NCBI GenBank assembly: GCA_964234715.1
Contig: OZ174280.1
DNA: 64,000 nucleotides
Origin: Podarcis melisellensis
Lineage: Eukaryota
Reading direction: 5' to 3' (one strand)
Part shown: one piece after another, positions 12,704-24,847 of the stretch
Position numbering within the stretch: position 1 is the first letter of the stretch
Layout: every line of letters begins with the position of its first letter
Notes under the pieces: model-generated
Told to the model about the DNA's origin: nothing
Database searches by the model: none
What the model saw: the letters and a program-made list of their open reading frames with translations, nothing else
Position numbers and translations under genes: made by a program

Positions 12704-12756
12704 AGAACTGAGGCATCTGCATGTAACAAGGCCATCACCAATGTATTGCCTTTCAG

Positions 12757-12884
12757 GGGCACCTCTGTATAACAATGAGCCATTTTCCGTGATGCTCTTT
12801 GGAATGGTGACCAAATTCTGCAGTGGCCATGCCCCACACTTCCCTATGAAGAAGGTGTTGCTGTTGCTCTGGAAGACTGTCCTG
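12757..12884 (+). CDS. STRIP1: STRIP1 exon 8
   Basis: cag|[10 protein letters not shown]...[12 protein letters not shown]|gtaaga. Confidence 0.95.
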
Positions 12885-14483
12885 GTAAGAGGTTGTTGCC
12901 TACGAATAATTGGTCTTTTAACAGATTGCTTCTTTTGCTGTAACTAAAAACTCTGTCCCCTTGGGATATAACCAGGATTACACAAAGTGATGTGGTGCTG
13001 CTGTTTTAATTTCTTGACTGAGATCAGTTCAGAGACAAGCATGCTTAGCGTTTAAGCTGTAGGACATGCATAGGTCCAGAGTCATTTTTATTATTAAAAG
13101 CTCTATTGTAGCTAACCAATAAATGTAAACCACTACAAGGACGTCTGTGTGTTGTATGATAATACCCTAGGTTGAGTTTGTCACCACCATTGAAAAATCT
13201 CGTGGAAACTTTGCAATACACAGCAGTGGAGTTTTGGGGGTGGGGATATTATACCCACAGGCACAGGACCAGTCCCTTTTCATGCACTGTGCAGTGCACC
13301 TACAAGCTATGAACAGTGCTGGGTTGAAGCAGGATCTTAGATGGTGACTTGAAAAAAAAATCCCTTACTGATCTCTTCCATCACTGTTGACAAAACACAC
13401 AGGAGAGCTGCTCTGTAATTTGTTGGGCTTATTCAACTCCTTTCATATATGTCCTGGTAATGCCATTTGGTACATCCCTGTAGCAGTACTGCTGGTTTCT
13501 TATGCTGGCTGCTAGCTGAGTCTGGGTATCCTCAGGGCTTTTCGATTGCTTGAAAATAGCAGATGGCATCATGGATCCAAGCCTGAGCAAATCAAGCTGC
13601 CATTGACACATTGGAAGGAAAATCATTATTAATATGAAATGAGGCTTCTGGGTTGTTTTGTTTAAATTAACAAATTTATAGATATTTTGAAACTCGGAAG
13701 AAAGAGATGAATATTTTCTTGCTAACTAAAGTATCTTAGGAAGAGGTTCAGTTTACATGGGAATCCTAGGACTGACAAAGAAGCACACTTGCTGGCCTAA
13801 ATTTGAAAACCAGGCAGTCCATAATTTTATTTAATTATGAAATGTTTATCCCACCACACCAAAATGTTTTAATTTTTCATATTTAAATAAACGATTTCTG
13901 GATATTGACTAGAAAAGTTTCCCAGGTTAGTTAATAAATGGACTTGCAGTGCACTAATGCATAATCTTTTTAAAAAAGAGCACAGGAATAAAGAAGTTAT
14001 TTTAGTTGGTGACCTAATGAAACTCGTACTGCATACATTTGGCTTACCTTTTCTTTTTCTTTTTGAACTGCTGAAATGTATAGTTTAAAGACAGTGGTGC
14101 TACAACTAGGATGCTATAATATAATCCATTTGTGGATGATAAGGACATATTTTTCAGCTGACTAAATGATCATGAAATCAACAAAGTGCAATTTTGTTGC
14201 TAGTTTTCAAAGGACCTACTTCTGTGATCAGTTCAATGTGGTCCAGCTGCCACTCAGCTAAACACACCTATTTCAGATAAGCCTACCTGGCTTTTCCAGA
14301 GTTCTTGGTGTTCCTCTGGCTGCCGAGTAAAGAGCATAATAGTACAGATACCACAGACAGGTATCATATGCTACTGTTTAAACTAAAGTGGTCTTTCCCT
14401 GTCAGTGAGTGGATGAAAATTGCCCGGAAGTCTCATGTAAGCCCCTCTGAACTTCTTGAAGAAAGAGAAGGATATGTTAAATA

Positions 14484-14688
14484 CAGTGGTACCTTGGTTT
14501 TCGAATGTAATCCATTCCAGAAGACCGTTCAAGTTCGGAAATGTTCAAAAACTGAAAGCTCAATAGCCAACAGCTAGGCCTCAGGATCTTGCACTCAGCA
14601 GAAGCTGCATGGCATGTTCGACTATCGAGGCATGTTGGAAAACCAAAATGTTCATCAACGGAGATGTTCCAAAGCCGAGGTACTACTG
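14484..14688. mobile_element. Tc1/mariner (pogo/Tigger-like) MITE
   Basis: TA|CAGTGGTACCTTGGTTTTCGAA...CCAAAGCCGAGGTACTACTG|TA. Confidence 0.85.
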
Positions 14689-15003
14689 TATGTGTGTCTG
14701 CTAGGAATGTGGAACTCTCAGCTTCATGAGCGAGTGTCTTTAACTTCATTTGTTTGAAAGTTAGCTGTGAAAATGTTTCATATGAGCACAAAGACAGGTT
14801 TAAAATGCTATGTCCTTTGGTCTCTGCTGTGCCTTCTCATATACACAAATGGTTCTTTGAAGAATGATAGACATTCCTATAACTGCAGCAAATCCTCCAT
14901 TCCTCCGTCTTGGTTTACCTTTAACAAACTGGTTTTTGAAGGGTTTATGAGTGACCAAAGAGATAATGAAAGTGTATGACATGCAATTATCCTCTTGCCG
15001 TAG

Positions 15004-15186
15004 TGCACCCTTGGAGGATTTGAGGAACTCCAGGATATGAAAGCAGAGAAAAGGGAGATGTTGGGGCTCCCCCCACTTCCTGAGGATAGCATAAAAGTGA
15101 TTCGCAACATGAGGGCTGCCTCCCCTCCAGCATCTGCTTCTGATTTGATTGAGCAGCAGCAAAAACGGGGTCGTCGAGAGCACAAG
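15004..15186 (+). CDS. STRIP1: STRIP1 exon 9
   Basis: tag|CTLGGFEELQDMKAEK...RGRREHK|gtaagt. Confidence 0.95.
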
Positions 15187-15297
15187 GTAAGTCAGGGTAC
15201 AATCCGGGTTGGATGTAATCTTCCTTTGTTTAGGAAGACACTGAACTTAAGGAGAAGGCAGACTATAACATCATTTGCTGTGTGTGTATTCTTCCAG

Positions 15298-15515
15298 GCT
15301 CTTATTAAACAGGATAACTTAGATGCCTTCAATGAGCGAGATCCCTACAAAGCTGATGACTCCCGGGAAGAAGAGGAGGAGAATGATGATGACAATAGTC
15401 TTGAGGGAGAGACATTCCCTCTTGAAAGAGATGAAGTGATGCCCCCTCCTATCCAGCACCCACCGACTGACCGACTGACTTGCCCAAAAGGTTTGCCTTG
15501 GGCACCCAAGGTCAG
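15298..15515 (+). CDS. STRIP1: STRIP1 exon 10
   Basis: cag|ALIKQDNLDAFNERD...KGLPWAPKV|gtgagc. Confidence 0.95.
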
Positions 15516-15867
15516 GTGAGCACCTGTACAGGGTTGTTGTATTTAAAGCAAATCCCAGAACTGAAAGGCTCTCATCTTCAGCCTTAAACCAGTGCTCAAC
15601 TACTTGGTTAATGCGCCTGATAGATTACTGAATATGATAACTATAATGAAATACATGCTCCTGCTTCTCTCATTGACATTGTGATCATGTTTGGGAGCCT
15701 TTATGTCTTTGAGGATGCTTGAGATCAGAAGAGCCATTCTCATTTTTTGTGTGTCTAGAATATAAAGGAACTTCATCTCTCCAGGGCTTTGTGGTGAATG
15801 AAATATGTAATAAACTTGAGGAGCCCTAAAGTTCTGTCTGAATATGATTCTCTTCTCTTTTCTTCAG

Positions 15868-15933
15868 AGAAAAAGATATTGAGATGTTTTTGGAATCAAG
15901 TCGGAGCAAATTCATTGGCTACACCTTGGGAAG
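15868..15933 (+). CDS. STRIP1: STRIP1 exon 11
   Basis: cag|EKDIEMFLESSRSKFIGYTLG|gtgagt. Confidence 0.95.
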
Positions 15934-17130
15934 GTGAGTTAATGGAGCCCCAAATTTGTTGCCTCTTAGCTTGTTTGTAGTGGATCTCTTCTTACTATGC
16001 AGCTAATGTGTTGAGTAACTGGCGACATACACTTTTTCCTGAAAAAAGTAAAGACAGCAAGTTGTTCAGGCTTTGTTATTTTTTTAAACATTCACGCAAT
16101 CGTTTCTCATCCTGTGTTAAGCCACTACTGTGATACTGTTCGGACACTGAGTTTCTGCTGCCCATCTTGTCAGCTCCTGAAATCTCAGGAGGTCTGGGCA
16201 TGCAATCATACATGCATCTCAAAACTATAAATGCAGCTATAATGTTTTATGGTATTGTGCTGTAATTTGAGTAACCAAAAGGACTAAAATACTTAAACAA
16301 CAAAAAACACACACACGCAATATTGCTATGGACAGATGAAGAATAGGACCAGGAAAAGACTTAGGACACCCACCTTGTGTAGAGTTGCTAAATAAATTAG
16401 CATATCAAGTAGTAACAGACATTTTCCAGGCTTTTGGCTGGTACAACTAAAAGCTTAATAGGAATGGTGGAAACCTGCTATGCTAAGTCACAAAACCATA
16501 TTGCAGAGGGTACATATGAACTACAGATTGAATCCAGATAACCAAACTTTTTCCAAGTCTAAGAAATCATAATTCTTTCTTTATTATGTATTAGTGCTTC
16601 ATTTTAATAGGAAAAAAAATCTTAACTTTTAGATGCATCCAATTAGATCCTCCTATTTATTTTAGGTTCTGTTCCTGATGCATAACTAATTACACAAACT
16701 GAACATTCTTTAAAATCTAGCATGCTTTTATATTTTAAAGTTGAGAGGAAGGTTCCTATAATTTCCAAGCATTCCTGTTTTTTAGGTTGCTAGGTAGCCT
16801 GAGAGAATCATATCTGAACTTACTAGTGAACAATTTTTATTGGCTCAATAGGAGCAGGAAGCTCTTGCACAAATGAAAGCGATTTTTTTCTTAGACAATT
16901 TATCAGGACATGCCTAGCAGGTCTTATAAGCTGCCCTGTGATCCTTGGATGAAGGGTGGTACAGAAATTTAATAAAATAAAATAAGGTGCTATTTGAAAA
17001 CATTACAGAGAGAAGAGTGAAATCCCTTAATCAGATTGACTAGCTTCCTATTCACAATTTTACCAGAATAGCTCATTTGTATCACTTACAATATTTACTG
17101 GCTGACTGGTTTTGCTTTCACCCCCTCTAG

Positions 17131-17194
17131 TGACACTAACACAGTCGTGGGGCTGCCTAGACCCATTCATGAGAGCATCAAAACTCTTAAGCTG
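17131..17194 (+). CDS. STRIP1: STRIP1 exon 12
   Basis: tag|DTNTVVGLPRPIHESIKTLKL|gtgagt. Confidence 0.95.
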
Positions 17195-17362
17195 GTGAGT
17201 ACTCACTGTGTGGACTTCTTAATTTGCATGTGTAGAAGACATCTCATCTAATTGGTTACTGCTTGTCCAGGCTAAGAAATATATTCTAAGCAGAAAAAGT
17301 GCTTGAATTTATGGTGCTGCCAAGATGATGAGGTTAACTTTCTCTGCCTGGTCTCTTTATAG

Positions 17363-17434
17363 CACAAATATACATCTATTGCTGAGATTCAAGTACAAAT
17401 GGAAGAAGAGTATCTGCGTTCTCCCTTGTCAGGG
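17363..17434 (+). CDS. STRIP1: STRIP1 exon 13
   Basis: tag|HKYTSIAEIQVQMEEEYLRSPLSG|gtaagt. Confidence 0.95.
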
Positions 17435-17749
17435 GTAAGTATCATAGGGCAAATGTTCAAAAGGGGGAAGACGTGGTTTAGAAAGCATGTGCATGAAGAA
17501 GTGGAAGGAGAAAAGTGTGAATCTCTAATTTGGAACTGGACATTTGGCTGATCTTTGCTATCTGCATATGCTGTGAGTTGGTCAAAGAGTTGATCCCTCC
17601 TGATTCCTAACCTGCAAATCAGATTATTGGCTTTGGATCATGAGAACTCCACCCATGAGACACTCTTATTGGAAAGAGAGACTTAGGATCCAACCCTTAT
17701 GTGGTATGATGCTGTGCAGCTGCCTCTGGAAGGAGTTCTTTATTAAGGA

Positions 17750-17936
17750 AAAACAAAACAAATTTCCTTCCAGTAGCACCTTAAAGACCAACTAAGTTAG
17801 TTCTTGGTATGAGCTTTCGTGTGCATGCACACGAAAGCTCATACCAAGAACTAACTTAGTTGGTCTTTAAGGTGCTACTGGAAGGAAATTTGTTTTGTTT
17901 TGACTATGGCAGACCAACACGACTACCTATCTGTAA
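17750..17936 (+). mobile_element. Penelope-like element remnant with inverted 5' end (perfect 152-bp palindrome 17750-17901)
   Basis: GCACACGAAAGCTCATACC...TAAGGTGCTACTGG...GCAGACCAACACGACTACC matches the recalled lizard Penelope pseudo-LTR; flanked by the 14-bp direct repeat CTTTATTAAGGAAA (17738-17751, 17937-17950). Confidence 0.85.
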
Positions 17937-18052
17937 CTTTATTAAGGAAAGTTTTGCTGAGTTTCTGGATGAATGCTCTTAATATTCAGACTAGCTTAGC
18001 ATGCACTTGAGGTAGGAATGAATGATGCTATTATCTCTTTGTGTTAATAAAG

Positions 18053-18127
18053 GGGGAAGAGGAGGTTGAACAAGTTCCTGCAGAAATCTTGTACCAGGGT
18101 CTACTTCCTAGCCTGCCACAGTACATG
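18053..18127 (+). CDS. STRIP1: STRIP1 exon 14
   Basis: aag|GEEEVEQVPAEILYQGLLPSLPQYM|gtgagt. Confidence 0.95.
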
Positions 18128-18445
18128 GTGAGTTAGTTATAGTTTCCTCCTAATGTTCATTCCCAAGGCTTCAGCACACCCTTTTCCCATTTCTTAAACT
18201 CTAGCCTCTCTACCATTTTCAAGATGGGAGAAATAGCTAGACTCAGTTTGCATTTCACTGCTGGCTTATGCAAACTCCCATTCTGATATATATCTTCTTT
18301 GCTTGCCAGTATGTGACAAGCTATTTCCTTCAATGTTTCATGTTCATCTCTTCCCGTTATCTGTGTTTTTGAGTTTCCTTCTCCTCTTTCCTGTTCTTTG
18401 GCACTTCTGAAAACCTTCTTTGCTTCACTCAACTTTCACCCACAG

Positions 18446-18543
18446 ATCGCCTTGCTGAAGATCCTGCTGGCTGCAGCCCCCACCTCCAAGGCCAAGACCG
18501 ATTCCATTAACATCCTAGCAGATGTTTTGCCAGAGGAGATGCC
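18446..18543 (+). CDS. STRIP1: STRIP1 exon 15
   Basis: cag|IALLKILLAAAPTSKAKTDSINILADVLPEEM|gtgagt. Confidence 0.95.
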
Positions 18544-19425
18544 GTGAGTCTTATTCTTAGGGGGAAAGCATATGGTGAATGAAGGGCAAAGGCAATGAAT
18601 GGATGTTTACTTGACATTCAGTGGTTGGGCGTTGAGTGGGCGGGCTGACATTTATTTGTATATTTAGACATTCCTTTCCTGCTGTTCTTTATAAAAAAAA
18701 TTCCAAATGCTTTTCATATGATGGAAAATTTGATTGTCTTGATCCTTGCAAAATGATGTGTGCAGCCTAGAATTAAGAGATCTGGTAGCAGAGAAAAGAA
18801 GTGTTTGGACTGAACCTGGAAAGCTGTTTTAAAACAGGTCTCCTTAGAAATAGCAGGCCTCTTAAGTATGGAGAGGGATGTTAAGTTAGCAATCTCTTGA
18901 GAAGCTTCAAGGCAGCTTAAGTGGTGATGCTTGTGCTTCAATAGAAGACCTTTTTTCCTGAATTTGAATGTGTCATTAATACATGGACAGTACTTCTCCA
19001 TGTCTGGAGCAACAAAGATTTCATAAGATTGGTAAATAGGTTCTGCCACATAGCATACATGGGTTCAAGGCAGTACTTTTTTCTTTTAAACTTTTGTTCT
19101 GCACAGTTCATCCTGAAGTGCTTATGTTGGCAAATGGAGCCACACACAGCTTGTTGAATTCTTCATTTTATTGACATATTAAACAGAGTCAGGAAGGGCT
19201 TGAAGAAAAGTATTGAGGAGTTGCCATCTCTTCCTTGATCACCCATATATTAACTAAAATTAAAGCAACCTTCTTCACTGGCCTATAGAAAAGAGAGACC
19301 ATAAAGTGCTACTTAAAGGAGAATCGCCCTAAAATATAAATAATAGCATTAAGCACAGACAGATCTGCCCTACCACAGTCACCATCACAGGCCGTCGAAG
19401 CTAATATTGCTGCTTTGCCTTCCAG

Positions 19426-19552
19426 AACAACTGTGTTGCAGAGTATGAAACTAGGCGTTGATGTGAATAGGCACAAAGAAATAATTGTAAAGGCCATTTC
19501 TGCTGTTCTGCTTCTACTGCTTAAGCATTTTAAGCTAAACCATGTCTATCAG
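19426..19552 (+). CDS. STRIP1: STRIP1 exon 16
   Basis: cag|TTVLQSMKLGVDVNRHKE...LNHVYQ|gtaagc. Confidence 0.95.
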
Positions 19553-19661
19553 GTAAGCATGAAATGGCATGAGCAATCAGCATTGGAATTGAAAGAGAGA
19601 TTGAAGTGAATCTGGAATTTGCTTGGCTAACCATTCTTACCACATCTGTTTCCTGCTCCAG

Positions 19662-19762
19662 TTCGAATACATGGCCCAGCACCTAGTGTTTGCCAACTGC
19701 ATCCCCCTTATACTGAAATTCTTCAATCAAAACATCATGTCATATATCACTGCCAAGAACAG
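19662..19762 (+). CDS. STRIP1: STRIP1 exon 17
   Basis: cag|FEYMAQHLVFANCIPLILKFFNQNIMSYITAKN|gtaggt. Confidence 0.95.
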
Positions 19763-20348
19763 GTAGGTGGGAATATCTCTAGCACACCTGTATCCCAAAA
19801 TGCTATGACAGGAAATGTGACACACTATCTTTGCAGTGGGACACCTAGATGATATCCAGATGGGATATCTAAGAATAACTAGTTATCCTCCACAATTTTA
19901 ACTTGCAGAAAGGAAGATGTTTCATCCCACTGATAAACAAAAACCTGCTGAGAAATCATTCATCTCTACCAACACTACTACTTGTCTGTTAAATGGATAG
20001 CTTTAAAATGTGCTTGTTTGAAAAGACATTGAGTGACTTTCATGTAGATCCCATGGTCATGAGTGTTACTGAACTCAACAGACACCATTGTCCTAGTGGA
20101 CTAAAACAGTTGGTTGATCTGCTTATTTTTCTTGGCAGCAGGTAAGTATCTGGGATAGGTAGATATAGAAAGATGTTCATGCATGAAGCCTCTTGGTCAG
20201 TGCCAACTGAATAGCAGCGGGTGGAGATGATATCACAATCATTTTTCTCATATGTTTGAACCTGCAAGGGGCAACCATTTTGGACACGGTATATTTGACT
20301 AGATAGGTCATCCATTCTGATCCATTTGGGGTGTTTTGTGTTTTTTAG

Positions 20349-20415
20349 CATCTCTGTTTTGGATTACCCATACTGTGTGGTGCATGAGCTGCCTGAGCTG
20401 ACTGCAGAGAGTCTG
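20349..20415 (+). CDS. STRIP1: STRIP1 exon 18
   Basis: tag|ISVLDYPYCVVHELPELTAESL|gtgagc. Confidence 0.95.
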
Positions 20416-20540
20416 GTGAGCTAAACTGCCTGGACAGAAACATATATAGCCGAGGGGTGGAGATGGCATTGTCAATAAGGGGCAATTTCTCACTTTCCTT
20501 ACTTGGTAATATTTCCTTTGTTTTGCTTTTTTTCCTATAG

Positions 20541-20645
20541 GAAGCTGGAGACAACAATCAGTTTTGCTGGCGAAACCTGTTTTCTTGCATTAATCTACTT
20601 AGGATACTGAACAAATTAACAAAGTGGAAGCACTCAAGGACTATG
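20541..20645 (+). CDS. STRIP1: STRIP1 exon 19
   Basis: tag|EAGDNNQFCWRNLFSCINLLRILNKLTKWKHSRTM|gtgagt. Confidence 0.95.
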
Positions 20646-20784
20646 GTGAGTAGAAGGGCCTCCTCTCATAGTGCTGTTAAGGCTTTATTGATCATGTACC
20701 ATCATTTTGGCCTTAAGCAAATGGATGTTGACCAAGGCACAGATGAAGTCTTAGAAAACTGAGAATGTTCCTTTGCTTTCTCAG

Positions 20785-20989
20785 ATGTTGGTGGTATTCA
20801 AGTCTGCACCCATTCTGAAACGAGCCCTCAAAGTGAAGCAAGCCATGATGCAGCTTTACGTTTTGAAGCTTCTCAAAGTGCAGACCAAGTATTTGGGGCG
20901 ACAGTGGAGGAAGAGCAACATGAAGACCATGTCAGCAATCTACCAAAAAGTGCGGCACCGGCTCAATGATGACTGGGCTTATGGCAATG
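20785..20989 (+). CDS. STRIP1: STRIP1 exon 20
   Basis: cag|MLVVFKSAPILKRALK...LNDDWAYGN|gtatgt. Confidence 0.95.
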
Positions 20990-21194
20990 GTATGTCCTGG
21001 ATCTGTCTCTCCTCTTTCCACCCACTCAAAGTCTTTCATAAGCCTTTAACTGCTATGCCAAGCCAGTTCCCTTAAATCACCCATCTGCCTTCCTGTTAAC
21101 AGATCCCATCAGAAATTGCTAGGAGCGCATGGTGATGGCTCCACAGAGCAAGCTGAGGAATGTGCTTCCCCACCTCTAAATTGATGTTGCTTGT

Positions 21195-21310
21195 TAGACA
21201 GTGTGGTACAGTAACTATAGTGTTGAACTTAATACATGTTCAGATCCTTGCTATGAACCATATAGTGTAGTCTTGGACAAGTCACTGGGTCTCAGCCTTA
21301 AACCTATTTT
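21195..21310 (+). mobile_element. Old MIR/CORE-like SINE fragment, interrupted by the following MITE
   Basis: tRNA-like head and TTGGACAAGTCACT...CTCAGCCT core-like motif. Confidence 0.45.
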
Positions 21311-21313
21311 CTA

Positions 21314-21550
21314 CAGTGGAACCTCAGTTTTTGAGCATCTCGGAAGCTGAATGATTCGGAACACAAACACAGAAAACCTGGAAGTGATTGATTCTGTTTT
21401 CAAACGCGCCTTGGAAGTTGAACTGCTTCTGCTGCATGTTTTTCCATTTTGTCAATGGATTTTGCTGACCGCCCATTGATATTTAGTTTTGGAACGTTTT
21501 GGAAGTCAGTCTTCTGAAACGGATTACATTCGAAAACCGAGGTTCCGTTG
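21314..21550. mobile_element. Tc1/mariner (pogo/Tigger-like) MITE
   Basis: TA|CAGTGGAACCTCAGTTTTTGA...TCGAAAACCGAGGTTCCGTTG|TA. Confidence 0.82.
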
Positions 21551-21819
21551 TACTAGAGTGGCCATAAAGGACAAGATGGAGTCACTCCATACTTCTTCAT
21601 AGAAGGTTGGAGTAGAAATGTGAGATATTATTGATGTCTGTGTCTGCTGGGAAGTCCCTTTGCATCTCATCCCTAGAAGTTGTATTTCTTAAAGATCTGC
21701 CAAATGGGATGACATAATGCTGGACTGCCTGTATAACATTGTAGGGCGTTTTCATTGTGAGGGTATGACTGGAGCTCTTCTGCTCCTTCAGCTGATTGTT
21801 TGCTTCATGACTTTTGCAG

Positions 21820-22067
21820 ATCTGGATGCACGTCCTTGGGACTTCCAGGCTGAGGAGTGTGCTCTGCGTGCCAGCATAGAGCGTTTCAACTCTCGCCGTT
21901 ACGACCGGGCACATAACAATCCTGATTTTCTACCTGTGGATAACTGTTTGCAGAGTGTTCTGGGCCAGCGCGTAGAACTGCCTGAAGATTTCCAAATGAA
22001 TTATGACTTGTGGCTGGAAAGGGAAGTTTTTTCTAGACCCATCTGTTGGGAAGAATTGCTCCAATGA
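21820..22067 (+). CDS. STRIP1: STRIP1 exon 21 (terminal coding part)
   Basis: cag|DLDARPWDFQAEE...PICWEELLQ* (TGA ends 22067). Confidence 0.95.
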
Positions 22068-24030
22068 CGTTTGAGAAGAGGGAATCGGAGCTAGTACGTG
22101 TGCCCAAGGACAAGGCAGCTTCTCTTTGGTCAACCGGGCATAGAGAGAAGAGATAAAACTGGTTTTTCATATGGCTTGTAATCTGCAGTTCTTTCCTTCT
22201 CCTCCAGGTGGCGGCATGGATTTATACTGCTCTCAAGGTCCTAGCAAATATGGCTTTCCTACATCTTTTCGGCTGCTTCAATTACTGATTGGTTTAGAAG
22301 GTGCTAAATGGATTCAGAGTAGTTCACTTTGAGACTCAGATCAATTGAAAAACGCTGAGCAAAATACCAGTGTCAGCTTTGATGCTATTCACGTGATCCT
22401 TGTTGGGCTTCTGTCCTTTGACATTGGCCAGCTGTTCTGTTCCAAAAGTAGTATGGCAGCTTTTTTCTGCTATGCCCCCACTCTTATCCCAAAAGGACAG
22501 AACCCTTTCTCTGTTAGCTGCTAGGATGGAAAACAGTGGTGTGAATGAAAGGAGAAAAGATAGATGGTGCATACAGTTGTCCATACTAATAGGAAAAGGA
22601 GCTATCTGGAGTCCCATCTAGTGCATGTAGGGAGCTTGTATAATTGAGAGGATCGGGAGCAGGGAATAGGATGTGTTCATAGCAGCTGCTTCCACTCTCA
22701 TCTGGTGGCCCTTCACAGGGAAGGCAATTTAACTGGATCAGGGATGTTACCCTCTTTTGTTCCTGTAGTGGCACCAAACATCTAAACAACTGCTGATCAT
22801 GTCCCAGTATAATTGAATATTAATATCTATTTCTTTCCATTGAGCAATCTTCTGTTTTGAAGGCCACCAGGGAAAGAGAAACTCTTGACATTTTCCCATT
22901 TCCATCAATGTGCCATTCTTTCTTCCTTCGTTTGCTTGAAAGCCTCAATTTTTGAATAGCTTTGCTGCACAGATGTGCATGCCAATGTAGTTTGCTTAAT
23001 CTGACCCCTTGCCAGGGCACCTTGTTTGTGCCTGAACTTCTTGGTTAAATGTCGCATAATCCTAGTCTCCTCAGTCTGGATGTTGGTGACCCAGGCAAGT
23101 AACTCATCCTACCTTGATGCTCCATCCCAGTCTAGTTCACATAAACAGAAGATGAAGTGGCAAGCCTGTGTCTGGACTTTCCCACTGCAAGTCACACCCA
23201 CAGCCATCTGGAATAGTACTGTCAGTCCAGACAAAGGTTTGCCACTTCCAATGATGTTTTGTAAGAACCTAGTCTCTGGGTTCTTGCAAAGCAGGACTGT
23301 GAATGTGGTAGAAGTAAAGGCATTTACTTTAAGTACATAAGTGGACCTGACAATAAAGTAGGTGCTTTCACTTCCCTAGGAGATGGTATCTGCTCTGAGA
23401 AGACTCACAACCAAATCTAAGTGTAGCCTGTTGTATTTATAAACATTCAGGAACAGGCAAGTACAGTAGGTCATCACCAGGTGCAATACAGTAGAATGCA
23501 TTTTCCTATTTGTTTGTTTGTGCTTTGTAGTCTGATTATATGCTCAGGCTACAATTCTAACATATTTGGAAGAGAGCCCCATTGAACAGGCCTCCTGAGT
23601 AAATATGTTTAGGTCTGGGGTGCTACTGTGGGAGTGGGTGGGACTGCTCCAGCACTCCACATTGAGCCTTGATTACTTGTCCCCAAACACTCCCAGCTGT
23701 TTAACTTTCATCGCTGAGGTTACAGAGTGTCTCTCAGGCAGACAGCAGCAGGGACCAAGACACACAGTGTCAGCTTAGAATAAGTATCAAGTTTTAGCAA
23801 AGCCAATTCATTTGTTTTGAGCAAATGTCACCAGGCAGACATTTGCTCACAAATTGTAACGTAGCTACAGATGGGGCTCCAAGCTTCTTCAAGGTGTAAC
23901 ATACTGAGACCGTAGGGCTTCCCCCTCCCCATCTCTGCATTGTTAACAGTGTGATGGTGACATGATCATGCAACAGAAGCACATGGTCGCATAAAAGAAT
24001 GAACAAGCATTAAAAACAACAAAATGCCTA
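22068..24030 (+). other. STRIP1: Putative STRIP1 3' UTR
   Basis: Largely repeat-poor sequence after the stop; candidate poly(A) signals AATAAA 23352-23357 and ATTAAA 24009-24014. The true end is unknown. Confidence 0.45.
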
Positions 24031-24847
24031 TCAACTTACAGTGGCTACTTTTGTGTATGAATCCTGAGATCTGTACGTATCTCCTGGAAAGAAATCCAGA
24101 CAATTTCTGCTCACTGGAAATTAGGGACTTCAGTGGGTGAGTACAGCATCTTTCTGGCTTTGCCCTCCTACTCACAGACCTCATAGAGCCTGGTGGCAAA
24201 ATTAGCACCTGGGTGGATGTTGCCTCTTGACAGATGCAGCAGATAAATAACTCTTCTTCCCTGGGTTCAGTCAACCTGTCTCTTGGCTTACACCTCAGCT
24301 ATCTCAATTCCTCTATACCACAATGGGAGATAGAACTGGAGACATGGGGGGCGAAGACCTGATTAGCCTTCCTAGGTTGAATTGGCAGTATTTGGGGGAG
24401 GCCTGGTTGCATGGTGGTTCCTTCATATGTACTTGCTCAGCTTATCTGTAGAATTTCTAATACCGGCAAACATCTTTTTTACCTTCTGGAACACTACACT
24501 ATTGGATTTTGTGTTTAAATTACAGTGACAATGAAATCCAGCTATTATGGATAAATTATTCTGTGAGCACTTGCTGGTCTGTGACACCGCTGATGGGGAC
24601 AGCTGCATGATGGGGACAGACTGCAAACTTGAAAGCTGCCTTTCTCTCCCCCACAAGTGCATTGATGTCTGTGGATGGAGAGGAAGGATACTTGCATTTT
24701 CCTTAGTCATTTCAAGCAATCTGGGTTATGTACTACAGAAATGAACCAGGGATGTAGGCAGTTAAGATCCCTTCCAGCACAGTCCCCTTGCAGTAGTAGA
24801 TTTGTTCACTACTTAAAGTTTTAATAGAAGACTCTAACCAGGGAGAA

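Larger units (their letters stand above)
4834..22067 (+). other. STRIP1: STRIP1 (FAM40A, striatin-interacting protein 1) gene span, start to stop codon; 21 coding exons, 2478 nt, 825 aa
   Basis: All 20 introns are GT-AG and exon phases join without frameshift. The protein is near-identical to recalled human STRIP1 from NRNQRKDSE to WEELLQ. Confidence 0.97.

Noticed and set aside
24630-24750. Possible ALX3 exon-3 relic on the minus strand (WF-x13-RKMQ...F...DI spacing similar to WFQNRRAKWRKRERYGKIQ...DISVL)
   Set aside because: The 13 intervening codons show no similarity to the homeodomain helix and there is no splice acceptor. It is indistinguishable from chance by eye; a sensitive nucleotide alignment to turtle or crocodilian ALX3 would settle it.
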